Shown one piece after another: positions 50,383 through 60,611 of a stretch of DNA of 64,000 nucleotides. The notes beneath the pieces are model-generated. The model did no database searches. It was not told the origin of the DNA and saw only the letters and a program-made list of their open reading frames with translations. Both the position numbers and the translations under genes were made by a program. The DNA is taken from positions 32,001 through 96,000 of the forward strand of contig JAWCKR010000001.1 in NCBI GenBank assembly GCA_038851755.1, read 5' to 3'. Source of the DNA: Candidatus Hadarchaeales archaeon (lineage in GTDB: Archaea; Hadarchaeota; Hadarchaeia; Hadarchaeales; WYZ-LMO6). Numbering within the stretch: position 1 is the stretch's first letter; each line of letters starts with the position of its first letter.

Positions 50383-51552
50383 ATGTCAGAGCAACAGGAG
50401 TACGACGTGATCGTGGTGGGTGCAGGGCCCGCGGGCCTGATGGCTTCCAGGAAGGCCGCTGAGGCCGGGGCCAGCACCCTCCTGCTGGAGAGGGAGAACT
50501 CCCTGGGGAAAAAGCCCTGCGGGGAGGCTGTGTCCGTGTCCACGCTCGAGGACGCCGGAGTGAAGGGAGGGAGGTTCATCCGCAACCGCGTGGAGATCTT
50601 CAGGGTGCACGCCCCTGACGAGCGGAAGTACGTGGACATCCTCTCCCGCAAGCTGGGAACGGCGGGATACGTGATAGAGAAGGGACTCTTCCTGAAAGAG
50701 CTGGCCTACCTGGCCGTCAAGAGGGGAGTGGAGATGAGGATGGGTTCGCCCGTGCTGGACCTGAGGAGGGTGGAGGGGTGGTGGGAGGTCCTAGTCAAGC
50801 AGGGGGCGGAGAGGAGGAAGTTCAGGGGAAAGATAGTGATAGGATGCGACGGGGTGAACTCGGTGGTGGCCGGGAAGGCCCTGCGGGTGAAAAAGCCCGA
50901 GGTCATCCCCTGCTTCCAGTACAAGATGGTGAACTGCGGGGTAGAGGACCCGCACACGCTGGAGGTCTACCTGGGGAAGGAGGTGGCCCCCGGGGGCTAC
51001 GTGTGGCTCTTCCCGAAGGACGGGGGGGAAGCCAACGTGGGGATAGGGGTGAGGGGGGCGCCGGCCAAGCCCTACCTAGACCGCTTCCTCTCCTCCCATC
51101 CCGAGCTCTTCGGCGGGGCCGGCGTGGTGGAGGTGGGCGCTGCACCCGTGCCGGTGGGGGGGGAAGTCGAGAGGGTGGTGGGGGAGGGGGTGATGGTGTG
51201 CGGGGATGCGGGCGGGCAGGTGATACCCCTCACGGGGGGAGGAATCCACTCCTCCGTGGTCGCGGGGAAGATGGCGGGAGAGGTGGCGGGAGAGGCCGTG
51301 AAGGGGGGCAGGGAACTGCAGGAATACCCCCGGAGATACGAGGAGTGGAGCGAAAGGATCTCCCGGAGCCTGAAGGTGCTCAGGCTCATAGAGAAGCTGA
51401 GCGACAAGGAGCTGAACCAGCTGGCCGACCTCCTCACCGGCCAGGACGTGGTGGACCTGGCCAACGGGACCAACCTGAAAAGGGTGGGGAGGAAGCTCCT
51501 GCGGCATCCTCACTTCGCCCTCCGCCTGGCGAGGGGGCTGCTGGGTGGTTGA
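50383..51552 (+). CDS. Geranylgeranyl reductase (DGGGPL reductase family)
   Basis: VGAGPAG, KPCGEA, GCDG, APGGYVWLFPK, GDAGG...PLTGGGI. Confidence 0.9.
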   Translation: MSEQQEYDVIVVGAGPAGLMASRKAAEAGASTLLLERENSLGKKPCGEAVSVSTLEDAGVKGGRFIRNRVEIFRVHAPDERKYVDILSRKLGTAGYVIEKGLFLKELAYLAVKRGVEMRMGSPVLDLRRVEGWWEVLVKQGAERRKFRGKIVIGCDGVNSVVAGKALRVKKPEVIPCFQYKMVNCGVEDPHTLEVYLGKEVAPGGYVWLFPKDGGEANVGIGVRGAPAKPYLDRFLSSHPELFGGAGVVEVGAAPVPVGGEVERVVGEGVMVCGDAGGQVIPLTGGGIHSSVVAGKMAGEVAGEAVKGGRELQEYPRRYEEWSERISRSLKVLRLIEKLSDKELNQLADLLTGQDVVDLANGTNLKRVGRKLLRHPHFALRLARGLLGG

Positions 51553-52312
51553 GCTGGGCAGGGTGGAGAAGTACCTGAGGGAGGGGATGCGAAAGCATCC
51601 GCTGCACCTCACGCTGGTGGACCCCGAGAAGACCCGCGGGGACAAAGCGGGGGAACTCTGCAGGAGGGCGGAGAAAGCGGGGACCTCGGCCATCATGGTC
51701 GGGGGCTCCACCGTGTGCTCCACCACCCTCGTGGACGAAACGGTGAAGGCCATCAAGAAGGAGGTGGAGCTCCCCGTCATCCTTTTTCCCAACAACCTCT
51801 CCGGCATCAGCAGGTACGCCGACGCCATCTTCTTCATGTCCCTCCTCAACTCCTCCAACCCCTACTTCCTCATCGACGCGCAGGCCCTGGGGGCTCCCCT
51901 CGTGAGGGAGTACGGCCTGGAGGTCCTCCCCATGGGCTACCTCATCCTGGGACCGGGGGGAACGGCGGGCTTCGTGGGGCAGGCGAGGTTCCTCCCGCTG
52001 GAAAAGGCGGAGCTGGCGGCAGCCTACGCTCTAGCCGCCCAGTACCTGGGGATGCACTTCGTCTACCTGGAAGCGGGCTCGGGGGCCCCCACGCCCGTTC
52101 CACCCCAGACCATCTCCGCCGTCCGGAAGTGCGTGGACCTCCCCCTCATCGTGGGAGGGGGAATAAGGACGGGAGAGGAGGCCAGGAGGGCGGCGCAGGC
52201 CGGGGCGGACCTGGTGGTGACGGGAACGGTGGTGGAGGAGGGAAGGGTGGAGGAGAAGATAGGGGAAATGGTGGAGGCCCTCCGAAAGGTGCGCCGGGGT
52301 AAGGAGCGTTGA
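51545..52312 (+). CDS. Geranylgeranylglyceryl phosphate synthase
   Basis: LVDPEK, MVGGST, ILFP, SLLNS, YLEAGSGA, VGGGIR, VTGT. Confidence 0.92.
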   Translation: MVELGRVEKYLREGMRKHPLHLTLVDPEKTRGDKAGELCRRAEKAGTSAIMVGGSTVCSTTLVDETVKAIKKEVELPVILFPNNLSGISRYADAIFFMSLLNSSNPYFLIDAQALGAPLVREYGLEVLPMGYLILGPGGTAGFVGQARFLPLEKAELAAAYALAAQYLGMHFVYLEAGSGAPTPVPPQTISAVRKCVDLPLIVGGGIRTGEEARRAAQAGADLVVTGTVVEEGRVEEKIGEMVEALRKVRRGKER

Positions 52313-53349
52313 GGGACATCCACACCATCGACCTCCCCACCAGAGTGGTGGTGGGGAGAAAGGTGATCGAGAAGGTGGGGGAGACCTGCAGGGAGCTGGG
52401 CTTGAGGGGGAGGGTCCTGGTGCTCTCTGGTCCCCACACCCAAACCAGGGCCGGAAGGAGGGTGATCACCTCACTGGAGGAAGAGGGCTTCGAGCCCAAC
52501 CTCCTCAGGGTGGAGGGGGAACCCCTGGAGGAGGTGGAGGAGGAGATCCGGAGGACCAGGCCCTCCTTCCTGGTGGGGGTGGGGGGAGGGAGGGTGATAG
52601 ACCTGGCCAAGTACTCCTCCTCGAGGGCCCGTCTTCCCTTCCTCAGCGTCCCCACCGCCGCCTCCCACGACGGCATCGCCAGCTCCAGGGCCTCCCTGCG
52701 CAGGCTGGGACCCCTCTCCGTGGACGCACGCACCCCCCTCGCCATCCTGGCCGACGTGGAGGTGATCTCCCGTTCCCCCCACCGCCTCACGGCGAGCGGG
52801 TGCGGTGACCTGATGGCCAAGTTCACCGCCGTGAGGGACTGGAGGCTCTCCCACCTCCTCACGGGGGAGTACTACGGGGACTACTCCGCACAGCTGGCCC
52901 TGATGAGCGCGGAGGTGACGGCGCGCAACTCCAAGCTGATAGGGGAGGGAAAGGAGGAAGGGGTGAGGGTGGTGGTGGAGGCCCTCATCAGCTGCGGGGT
53001 GGCCATGTGCATCGCCGGCAGCTCCAGGCCCTGCAGCGGCTCGGAGCACTCCTTCGCCCACGCGCTCGAGGAGGTCTCCCCCAACCCCTCCCTGCACGGG
53101 GAGAGGTGCGGGGTGGGCACCATCCTCATGGCCTACCTCCACGGGATGAACTGGAAGAGGGTGCGCAGGGTCCTCTCGGAGGTGGGAGCACCCACCACGG
53201 CGGAGGAGCTGGGAGTGGAGGGGGAGGCGGTGGTGGAGGCCATGCTCAGGGCCAGGGAAATCAGGCCCGAGAGGTTCACCATCCTGAACAGGAAAAAGCT
53301 GAACAAGGAGATGGCGAGGAGGATAGCGGAAAAAACGGGAGTGGTCTAG
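52309..53349 (+). CDS. egsA: Glycerol-1-phosphate dehydrogenase
   Basis: GGGRVIDLAK, PTAASHDG, SSRPCSGSEH, LHGERCG. Confidence 0.93.
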   Translation: MRDIHTIDLPTRVVVGRKVIEKVGETCRELGLRGRVLVLSGPHTQTRAGRRVITSLEEEGFEPNLLRVEGEPLEEVEEEIRRTRPSFLVGVGGGRVIDLAKYSSSRARLPFLSVPTAASHDGIASSRASLRRLGPLSVDARTPLAILADVEVISRSPHRLTASGCGDLMAKFTAVRDWRLSHLLTGEYYGDYSAQLALMSAEVTARNSKLIGEGKEEGVRVVVEALISCGVAMCIAGSSRPCSGSEHSFAHALEEVSPNPSLHGERCGVGTILMAYLHGMNWKRVRRVLSEVGAPTTAEELGVEGEAVVEAMLRAREIRPERFTILNRKKLNKEMARRIAEKTGVV

Positions 53350-54440
53350 GAGGGAAAGCCCGTCTCGGAGAGGAGCTCCCGGGAAGAGTTCCCGAAGACC
53401 TCCTTTCTCATCTCCTCGAGCAGGAGGTCAAGGTTCCTCCCCTCCTTCGCGGAGATGGGGAGGACGGGAAGGGGGAGCCTGCCCAGCACCTCCATCTTCT
53501 CCCCCAGCTCCTGAGGGGAGAGGAGGTCCACCTTGTTGAGGGCCACCAGGATCCTCAGTCCCCTCTCCGAGAGGATCTCCAGACTCACCTTGAGCTTCCT
53601 GAGGATCTCCGACATGGGGTCGCTTCCGTCCACCACCAGGACCACCAGGTCCGCGGAGTAAATCTCCTCGAGGGCCGCCTTGAAGGCCTCCACCATCCAG
53701 GGGGGCAGTCCCTCGATGAAGCCCACGGAGTCCGTCATCAGGACCCTCTCGCAGCCCTTCACGGCCCTCGTCCTGACCGTCAGGGTGGTGAACATCCTGT
53801 CGTCCACCTCCACATCGGAGCGGGTGAGGGCGTTCAGGAGGGTGGACTTGCCGGCGTTGGTGTACCCCGCCAGAGCCACCAGCCTGAAACCCCTCCTCCT
53901 GCGCTGACCCCTCCTCTTCTCCCTCGACTCCGCCAGGGCCCTGAGCTTCTTCCTAAGGATGGCCATCCTCCTCTTCACCATGTCCAGGTACATGTTGAGC
54001 TCGTACTCACCCCTCCCCCGGAACCCTGGCTGCTCGACCGAGAGGAGGTTCCTTATCCTCTCCCTCAGCCTGGGGAATTCGTAGCTGAGCCTGGCGTACT
54101 CCACCTGCAGCTTCGCCTCCGGTGATCCGGCCCTGCGGGCGAAGATCTCCAGGATGAGCTGAAACCTGTCCATCACCTCCACCCCCAGGGCCCTGTTCAG
54201 GTTGAAGAGCTGCGAGGGGGTGAGCTGGTTGGCGAAGATCACGAGCTCCGCCCCCTTCAGCCTCACGAGCTCGGCCACCTCCCCCACCTTCCCCCTTCCT
54301 ATCTGGAAGGCCGGATCGGCCTCCCTCACCTGCACCACCTTCCCCACCACCTCGTGCCCCATGGTCTCGGCCAGCTCCTGCAGCTCCCCCAGCTCGTCCC
54401 TTCCGCCCGGCTGCACCCTCTGCACGAGAACGGTACGCAT
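53346..54440 (-). CDS. hflX: GTPase HflX
   Basis: GRGKV, LILEIF, EAKLQVE, GYTNAGKST, DSVGFI, NKVD. Confidence 0.94.
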   Translation of the reverse strand: MRTVLVQRVQPGGRDELGELQELAETMGHEVVGKVVQVREADPAFQIGRGKVGEVAELVRLKGAELVIFANQLTPSQLFNLNRALGVEVMDRFQLILEIFARRAGSPEAKLQVEYARLSYEFPRLRERIRNLLSVEQPGFRGRGEYELNMYLDMVKRRMAILRKKLRALAESREKRRGQRRRRGFRLVALAGYTNAGKSTLLNALTRSDVEVDDRMFTTLTVRTRAVKGCERVLMTDSVGFIEGLPPWMVEAFKAALEEIYSADLVVLVVDGSDPMSEILRKLKVSLEILSERGLRILVALNKVDLLSPQELGEKMEVLGRLPLPVLPISAKEGRNLDLLLEEMRKEVFGNSSRELLSETGFPS

Positions 54441-54515
54441 CTCAGTAACTGGGTTTCCTGGAGTTTAATCCTGCCCCTCGGCGTCCCTATAAAGTGTACC
54501 TCCCAAGGGGGGAAG

Positions 54516-56285
54516 ATGCGGAGGCATGCGCACGCAGACCCCGGAGGGAAGAGGAAACGCGCCTCTCTCCTCATGGCCGCGCTGACGATGTCCCCCCTCA
54601 TCCTTTCCCTCTCCCTCCCGCCAGCCGGTGCCCTCCGCCTCTCCCCCTCCTACACCTCGGTGGTGGTGGAGTTCCAGATCCTGGAGGACAGGACGGTAAG
54701 GGTGGGAGAGAACTGCGTCCTCAACCTCCCAAGTTTCTATTCTTCTATCACCATCAAGCGCACCCTTCCCTCCGAGAACGTGCAGGAGCTGGAGGCCTGG
54801 TGCGAACCTGGGGAGCTGAGGCTGGAGAACCGAACCGTGGAGGAGGGGACCGAGGTGACCCTCACCATCTCGTTCAGCTCTCCCTTCCGGGGGGAGCTGA
54901 GGTACGGGCTCTCCTACAGGGCGGCGGGATGGGTGGGCGGGGCTGGGCCCAAGTACGAGGCGGTGCTCGGGGGGGTGAGGATAGGGGCTGGAGGCTACCC
55001 CTACGAGAGCTACCGGATCACCATCAGGGGACCTCCCGGAAGCAAACTCTTCTGGCACGAGCCCAGGGATGCCGTTCCCTCGGCCGATGGCCTCTCCGTC
55101 ACCTACTCCACCTCCGTGGGGGCACCAGGAAGCTTCGGAGGGATGCTCGCCACCTTCTACACCACGCCCGTCTACTACAAGCTCACCCTCACGGAGAGCC
55201 TGGGGAACTCCGGTGGGAGCAGCTGCGACCTGGTGATGAACCTCCTCCTCTTCAGCGAGGGGAAGGCGCATTTCGCCTCGCTGGTTACCTCCGACCCTTC
55301 GCCCGGCAGCCTCTACGCGGACGAGGAGAACAACTTCTACGCCTCCTTCAGGCTGAAGCTGGCGCCAGGTGAGAACAAACGGGTAAAGGTGGAACTGGTG
55401 TGGAAGGTGGAGCTGTACGATCCGGGGATTTCCTCCGAGAACTCAGGTACCCTCGACGACCTGCCCCAGGGCATGGAGGAGTACACGGTGGAAAGGAAGT
55501 GGTGGGAGGTGGAGGAGCTGCGCCCCCTCTCCCTCCAGCTCACGGGAGGGGAGAGGAACCTCTACCTCCTCTGCCGCGAGCTTCTCCGGTGGATGGACGG
55601 CGCCATCGCCTACGTGCCCACCCAGGAGAGGCAGGGGGCCCTGGAGACCTACCGAAGGGGAGCGGGGGACTGCGACTGCCTGAGCGACCTCCTCATCGCC
55701 CTGCTCCGGTCCCTGGGCGTGCCCTCCCGCCTCTCCTTCGGCTGGACCGCGGAGGAAAACGGGGCTGGGAACCACGCCTGGGTGGAGGTCCATCTCCCGG
55801 GATGGGGGTGGCAACCGGTGGACCCCACCTGGTCGAAGGGCTCCGAGAAGTACCTCTTCAGGATGGACCCCCTCCACCTCTGCAGGGGCTCCAGGGGGCT
55901 GACCTCCTCCGACTCCTACCTCTCCAGGGCCTACTACGGGGGCTACCCGGAGGTGGGGCTCGAGGAAGTCTCCCTCGTCCTCCTCTCGGAGGAGGAGGCC
56001 CTGCAGGAGTTCCTCCTCTCCGCCCGCACCCTTCTGTGCCTGGCGGAGGAGGGGGGGGAGGACCCCAGGCTGGAGGTGGCCCGGGAGAGCCTCCGGAGAG
56101 CCGAGAACGGCGGGGGAATGGAAGAAGCCCTTCGATCCCTCTCCCTTTCCCTCTCGGTGCTGAGGGAAAGGGGGAAACCGCTCGAACTCCCCCGCAGGGT
56201 TCCCACCTGGGCTCTGGCGCTACTGGCGGGAAGTGCGGCGGCGCTGGCGTTGGCGCTGGGGCTGGGCCTGAGGAGGAGAGCCTGA
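54516..56285 (+). CDS. Surface transglutaminase-like (Cys-His-Asp) protein with signal peptide and C-terminal TM anchor
   Basis: [37 protein letters not shown]; N-terminal hydrophobic segment; ends VPT-hydrophobic-RRRA. Confidence 0.82.
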   Translation: MRRHAHADPGGKRKRASLLMAALTMSPLILSLSLPPAGALRLSPSYTSVVVEFQILEDRTVRVGENCVLNLPSFYSSITIKRTLPSENVQELEAWCEPGELRLENRTVEEGTEVTLTISFSSPFRGELRYGLSYRAAGWVGGAGPKYEAVLGGVRIGAGGYPYESYRITIRGPPGSKLFWHEPRDAVPSADGLSVTYSTSVGAPGSFGGMLATFYTTPVYYKLTLTESLGNSGGSSCDLVMNLLLFSEGKAHFASLVTSDPSPGSLYADEENNFYASFRLKLAPGENKRVKVELVWKVELYDPGISSENSGTLDDLPQGMEEYTVERKWWEVEELRPLSLQLTGGERNLYLLCRELLRWMDGAIAYVPTQERQGALETYRRGAGDCDCLSDLLIALLRSLGVPSRLSFGWTAEENGAGNHAWVEVHLPGWGWQPVDPTWSKGSEKYLFRMDPLHLCRGSRGLTSSDSYLSRAYYGGYPEVGLEEVSLVLLSEEEALQEFLLSARTLLCLAEEGGEDPRLEVARESLRRAENGGGMEEALRSLSLSLSVLRERGKPLELPRRVPTWALALLAGSAAALALALGLGLRRRA

Positions 56286-57644
56286 CCCGACCCTGGGCAA
56301 CTCCTTCAGGGCCTTCTCCACCAGCTCCCTCGGGTACTCGTAGTCCTCCAGCTTCCCCTGCAGGTAGGCGTCCCACGCCCCCAAATCGAGCATGCCATGC
56401 CCGCTGCAGTTGAAGAGGATCACCTTTTCCTCCCCCGTGCGCTTGCACCTCAGGGCCTCGTCCACCACCGCCCTTATCGCGTGGGCCGTCTCGGGGGCGA
56501 CCACGAAGCCCTCCGCCCTGGCGAAGAGGTTGGCCGCCTCGAACACCTCGTTCTGGTGGTAGGCCAGGGCACCCACGTAACCCTCCTTGGTGAGCTTGCA
56601 GAGGAGGGGGGCGTCACCGTGGTACCTGAGACCACCCGCGTGGATGGGCGGGGGAACGAAGGTGTGCCCGAGGGTGTACATCTTCAGGAGAGGTGTGAGC
56701 CCGGCCGAGTCACCGTGGTCGTAGGTGTAAATCCCCTTGGTGAGGGTGGGACAGGCTTTGGGCTCGCAGGAGAAGGCCTGCAGCTCGGGCTTTTTCCCCG
56801 TGAGCTTGTCCATCAGGAAGGGGAAGAGGAGACCCGCGTAGTTGCTCCCCCCTCCCACGCACCCGAGGATCACGTCGGGATACTCCCCCGCCAACTCCAT
56901 CTGTTTCTTGGCCTCCAGCCCCACCACGGTCTGGTGCAGGAGAACGTGGTTCAGCACGCTTCCCAGGGAGTACTTGGTGTTCCTGTGGGTGACGGCGTCC
57001 TCGATGGCCTCGGAGATGGCTATGCCCAGACTGCCGGGGTTCTGCGGATCCTCCTCCAGAATCCTCCTGCCGTACTCCGTCCTCTCGCTGGGACTGGGAA
57101 CGCACTCCGCCCCCCATATCTCCATGAGGATCCTCCGGTAGGGCTTACCCTCGTAGCTAACCCTGACCATGTACACGGTGCACTCCAGCCCGAAGAGCAT
57201 GGTGGCGAAGGCCAATGCACTTCCCCACTGTCCCGCCCCCGTTTCCGTGGTCAGCCTCTCCACGCCCTCCTTCATGTTGTAGTAGGCCTGGGCCACCGAG
57301 GTGTTCGGCTTGTGGCTCCCCGCGGGGCTCACCCCCTCCCACTTGTAGTAAATCCTGGCGGGGGTCTTCAGCATGCGCTCCAGCCTGACCGCCCTGTAGA
57401 GGGGGGTGGGCCTCCAGATCCTGTAGACCTCCCTCACCTCCTCGGGGATGGGTATCCACCTCTCCTGGCTGACCTCCTGCTTGATCAGCTCCCTGGGGAA
57501 GATGGGCTCCAGATCCTGTGGGCCCACGGGCTTCCCCGTGGCCGGGTTGAGGGGGGGATCCAGAGGGGAGGGAAGGTCCGCCTGGATGTTGTACCAGGCC
57601 TTGGGCAGCTCCTCCTCGTCCAGCAGGAACTTCACGCGCTCCAT
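56220..57644 (-). CDS. trpB2: TrpB2 (tryptophan synthase beta-like, stand-alone)
   Basis: [47 protein letters not shown]. Confidence 0.93.
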   Translation of the reverse strand: MERVKFLLDEEELPKAWYNIQADLPSPLDPPLNPATGKPVGPQDLEPIFPRELIKQEVSQERWIPIPEEVREVYRIWRPTPLYRAVRLERMLKTPARIYYKWEGVSPAGSHKPNTSVAQAYYNMKEGVERLTTETGAGQWGSALAFATMLFGLECTVYMVRVSYEGKPYRRILMEIWGAECVPSPSERTEYGRRILEEDPQNPGSLGIAISEAIEDAVTHRNTKYSLGSVLNHVLLHQTVVGLEAKKQMELAGEYPDVILGCVGGGSNYAGLLFPFLMDKLTGKKPELQAFSCEPKACPTLTKGIYTYDHGDSAGLTPLLKMYTLGHTFVPPPIHAGGLRYHGDAPLLCKLTKEGYVGALAYHQNEVFEAANLFARAEGFVVAPETAHAIRAVVDEALRCKRTGEEKVILFNCSGHGMLDLGAWDAYLQGKLEDYEYPRELVEKALKELPRVGSGSPPQAQPQRQRQRRRTSRQ

Positions 57645-57682
57645 CGGCTCTTCTTTTTTTTCACAAAGAATAAAAATGTTCC

Positions 57683-58342
57683 TTAAGGCACAAATCTGTT
57701 CTTCCCCAGGGAAAGGAGGAACTCACGGGTCTTGGTCCCCAGACCCAGCGTCTCAGCCCTCAGGAGGTCCTCCACCCCATCCACGTCCGTGGCCACCGTC
57801 TCCGACCGGTAAATCTTGGGCCTTATCCCCGCCCTGAGGCTCTCCCTCACATGGAGGGGGAAGCTCTCCCCTCCGAACCTGAGGGGGATCACGTCGGGCG
57901 GGCGCAGGAACAGGGCGTTGGTCCCCCGGGCGTAAGAGGGGGCGATCACCACCTCCCTCTCGGAGGAAGCCATCCCCACTATCCCCTCCACATCATCCAC
58001 CCTGAGGAAGGGAAGATCGGCGGGGAGGATCAGGACCTCCCTCGCTCCCTCCCTCACCGCCCTCCCCACCGCCAGCGAGAGGGCCAGGTTCAGCTCCAGC
58101 CCGGGCTCCCTCAGGACCTCCGCGCCCATCCCGGAGGCGAGGCGCAGGACCTCCTCGTCCGGTGAGACCACCACCCTCCTCATCCTCACCCTGGAGAGGA
58201 CCCCCAGCATGTCAGAAAGCATGCACAGGACCAGTTCCCTCCTCTCCGGGGGAGTGAGGACCCCCTCGAAGGTGGACTTGGCCCTAGAGAGGGGTTTCAG
58301 GGGCAGAACCACCCAGCCTTTTCCTTCCTCCACGGTCTCCAT
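57683..58342 (-). CDS. cofC: 2-phospho-L-lactate/PEP guanylyltransferase
   Basis: [29 protein letters not shown]. Confidence 0.9.
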   Translation of the reverse strand: METVEEGKGWVVLPLKPLSRAKSTFEGVLTPPERRELVLCMLSDMLGVLSRVRMRRVVVSPDEEVLRLASGMGAEVLREPGLELNLALSLAVGRAVREGAREVLILPADLPFLRVDDVEGIVGMASSEREVVIAPSYARGTNALFLRPPDVIPLRFGGESFPLHVRESLRAGIRPKIYRSETVATDVDGVEDLLRAETLGLGTKTREFLLSLGKNRFVP

Positions 58343-58417
58343 GAACTCACGGAAGAAGACGCTTTTACCCCTTCGGAGGGATACGTGATTTATTACCGGG
58401 GGCATCGAGGAAAGGGT

Positions 58418-59431
58418 ATGGACCCCCCCCGCAAGGTGGTGACCTATTCCCTGAACGTCTTCGTGCCCCTCACCAACTTCTGTAGGAACCGATGCGCCTA
58501 CTGCGGCTTCAGAAGGGAGGAGGGGGAAGCCACCTTCCTCTCTCCACAGGAGGTCTTCTCCCTCGTGCTAAGGGGGAAGAAGGCCGGATGCTCGGAAGTG
58601 CTGCTCACGCTGGGGGAGAGACCCGAGGTCTACCCCTCAGCGAGGGAGAAGCTCAGGGAGCTGGGCTACCGGACCACCTCCGAGTACCTGGAGGACCTGT
58701 GCAGGCACATCCTCAGGTTGGGCCTTCTCCCCCACACCAACGCGGGGGTGCTGAGCGAGGAAGAGCTGGGCAGGCTCAGGAGGTACAACGCCAGCATGGG
58801 GTTGATGCTGGAGTGCGCCGCCAGGCTCGAGGCCCACCGGGAGAGTCCAGGGAAGGACCCGGAGCTCAGGCTGAGGTTCATAGAGAAGGCCGGGAGGCTC
58901 AGGATCCCCTTCACCACGGGCCTCCTGGTGGGGATAGGGGAGAACCGAGAGGACAGGAGGAGGTCGCTGGAGGAGATAAGAAGACTGCACGAGGAGTACG
59001 GGCATATCCAGGAGGTCATCGTCCAGCCCTTTTCTCCCAAGCCAGGGACCCCGATGGGCGGTTTTCCCCCTCCCAGCCCGGAGGAGCTGCTGGACACCGT
59101 GAGGATGGCCGCGGAGATCCTTCCCCCAGACATGGGCATCCAGATCCCCCCGAACCTGGTTCCGGATGTGGTGCCCTTCCTCGAGGCTGGGGCCAACGAC
59201 CTCGGAGGCCTCTCCGAGGTCACCCCTGACTTCGTGAATCCGGAGCACAACTGGCCTCCGCTGGGGGAGCTCCGGAGGAAGGTGGAGTCCGCAGGTTTCG
59301 AGCTCAGGGAAAGGCTACCCCTTTATCCCAAATACGCGACCGATGCCTCTTTCATGTCCGAGGAGGTCAGGAAGGTCACCTCCAGGCTGGCCGATGGGGA
59401 AGGCTACAGGCGTCCTCTCCAAAAAGATTAA
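58418..59431 (+). CDS. cofG: FO synthase subunit CofG
   Basis: VTYSLNVFVPLTNFCRNRCAYC, LPHTNAG, NASMGLMLE, PFTTGLLVGIGE, QIPPNL. Confidence 0.93.
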   Translation: MDPPRKVVTYSLNVFVPLTNFCRNRCAYCGFRREEGEATFLSPQEVFSLVLRGKKAGCSEVLLTLGERPEVYPSAREKLRELGYRTTSEYLEDLCRHILRLGLLPHTNAGVLSEEELGRLRRYNASMGLMLECAARLEAHRESPGKDPELRLRFIEKAGRLRIPFTTGLLVGIGENREDRRRSLEEIRRLHEEYGHIQEVIVQPFSPKPGTPMGGFPPPSPEELLDTVRMAAEILPPDMGIQIPPNLVPDVVPFLEAGANDLGGLSEVTPDFVNPEHNWPPLGELRRKVESAGFELRERLPLYPKYATDASFMSEEVRKVTSRLADGEGYRRPLQKD

Positions 59432-59456
59432 GAACGTGGGAACCAGAGGCTCCAAC

Positions 59457-60611
59457 ATGAAAGGGGGAAGAGCGAGGGGCTCCTCCGCCCTGGAGGGACG
59501 GTGGGAGAAAAGGCTGGCGGAGATAGACCCCCTCGTGGCCGGGGCCCTGGACAGATCCCTCTCCGGCAAAAGCCTGAGTTTGAGGGAGACGGCAGAGCTG
59601 CTCAGGACGGAGGGGAGGGAACTGCAGCTCCTCCTCCTGGCGGCGGACCTGGTGAGGAGAGGGCTCGTGGGTGAGGTCGCCACCTACGTGGTCAACCGGA
59701 ACATCAATCACACCAACATCTGCACGGGCTCCTGCAGGTTCTGCGCCTTCCGCCGCCCCCCCTCCCATCCGGAGGCCTACTCCCTCACCCCCCAGCAGCT
59801 GAGGGCGAAGGTGGAGGAGGCCGTGAGGATGGGGGCCACCGAAATCTGCCTGCAGGGTGGTCTCCACCCCGACTTCGGACTGGAAACTTACCTGGACCTC
59901 CTCCGCATCATCAGGGGGGTTTCGGAGGAGCTCCACATCCACGCCTTCTCCCCCGCCGAGCTCGACCACCTCTCCCGGAAAGAGGGGATGTCCGTGGATG
60001 AGGTGCTGAAACCTCTCAAGGAAGCCGGCCTGAACTCGGTTCCGGGGACGGCCGCGGAAATCCTGAGCGACAGGGTGAGGGAGATCATCTGCCCGACGAA
60101 GATCAAGACGAAGAGGTGGGTGGAAATCGTCAAGACCTGTCACCGGAGGGGGATACCCACCACCTCCACCATGATGTACGGAACGGTGGAAACTCCCGAG
60201 GAAAGGGCCGGACACCTCCTGCTCCTGAGGGAAATCCAGAAGGAAACGGGAGGCTTCACGGAGTTTGTCCCCCTTCCCCTGGTTCCCAAGAAGACCGAAC
60301 TTTATTCCTCGGGCATCACCGGTCCCACCATAAGGGACAACCTGAGGACGCACGCCGTGGCCAGGCTGGCCCTGGCGGGTTACATCAACCACGTGCAGGC
60401 CTCATGGGTGAAGCTGGGACCGGAGGGGGCCTGCGCCATGCTGATGGCCGGGGCGGACGACCTGGGAGGAACCCTGTTCGAGGAGAACATCACCAGGGAG
60501 GCGGGAGGGGAGTGGGGGCAGGGAATGACCCCCCACCAGCTCAGGCTCCTCATCCTGCGGGCCGGAAGGATACCCAGGCAGAGGTCCACCCTCTACGAAC
60601 TCCTGGACTGA
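59457..60611 (+). CDS. cofH: FO synthase subunit CofH
   Basis: YVVNRNINHTNICTGSCRFC, PGTAAEIL, TGGFTEFVPL, QASWVKLG; directly after cofG. Confidence 0.9.
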   Translation: MKGGRARGSSALEGRWEKRLAEIDPLVAGALDRSLSGKSLSLRETAELLRTEGRELQLLLLAADLVRRGLVGEVATYVVNRNINHTNICTGSCRFCAFRRPPSHPEAYSLTPQQLRAKVEEAVRMGATEICLQGGLHPDFGLETYLDLLRIIRGVSEELHIHAFSPAELDHLSRKEGMSVDEVLKPLKEAGLNSVPGTAAEILSDRVREIICPTKIKTKRWVEIVKTCHRRGIPTTSTMMYGTVETPEERAGHLLLLREIQKETGGFTEFVPLPLVPKKTELYSSGITGPTIRDNLRTHAVARLALAGYINHVQASWVKLGPEGACAMLMAGADDLGGTLFEENITREAGGEWGQGMTPHQLRLLILRAGRIPRQRSTLYELLD

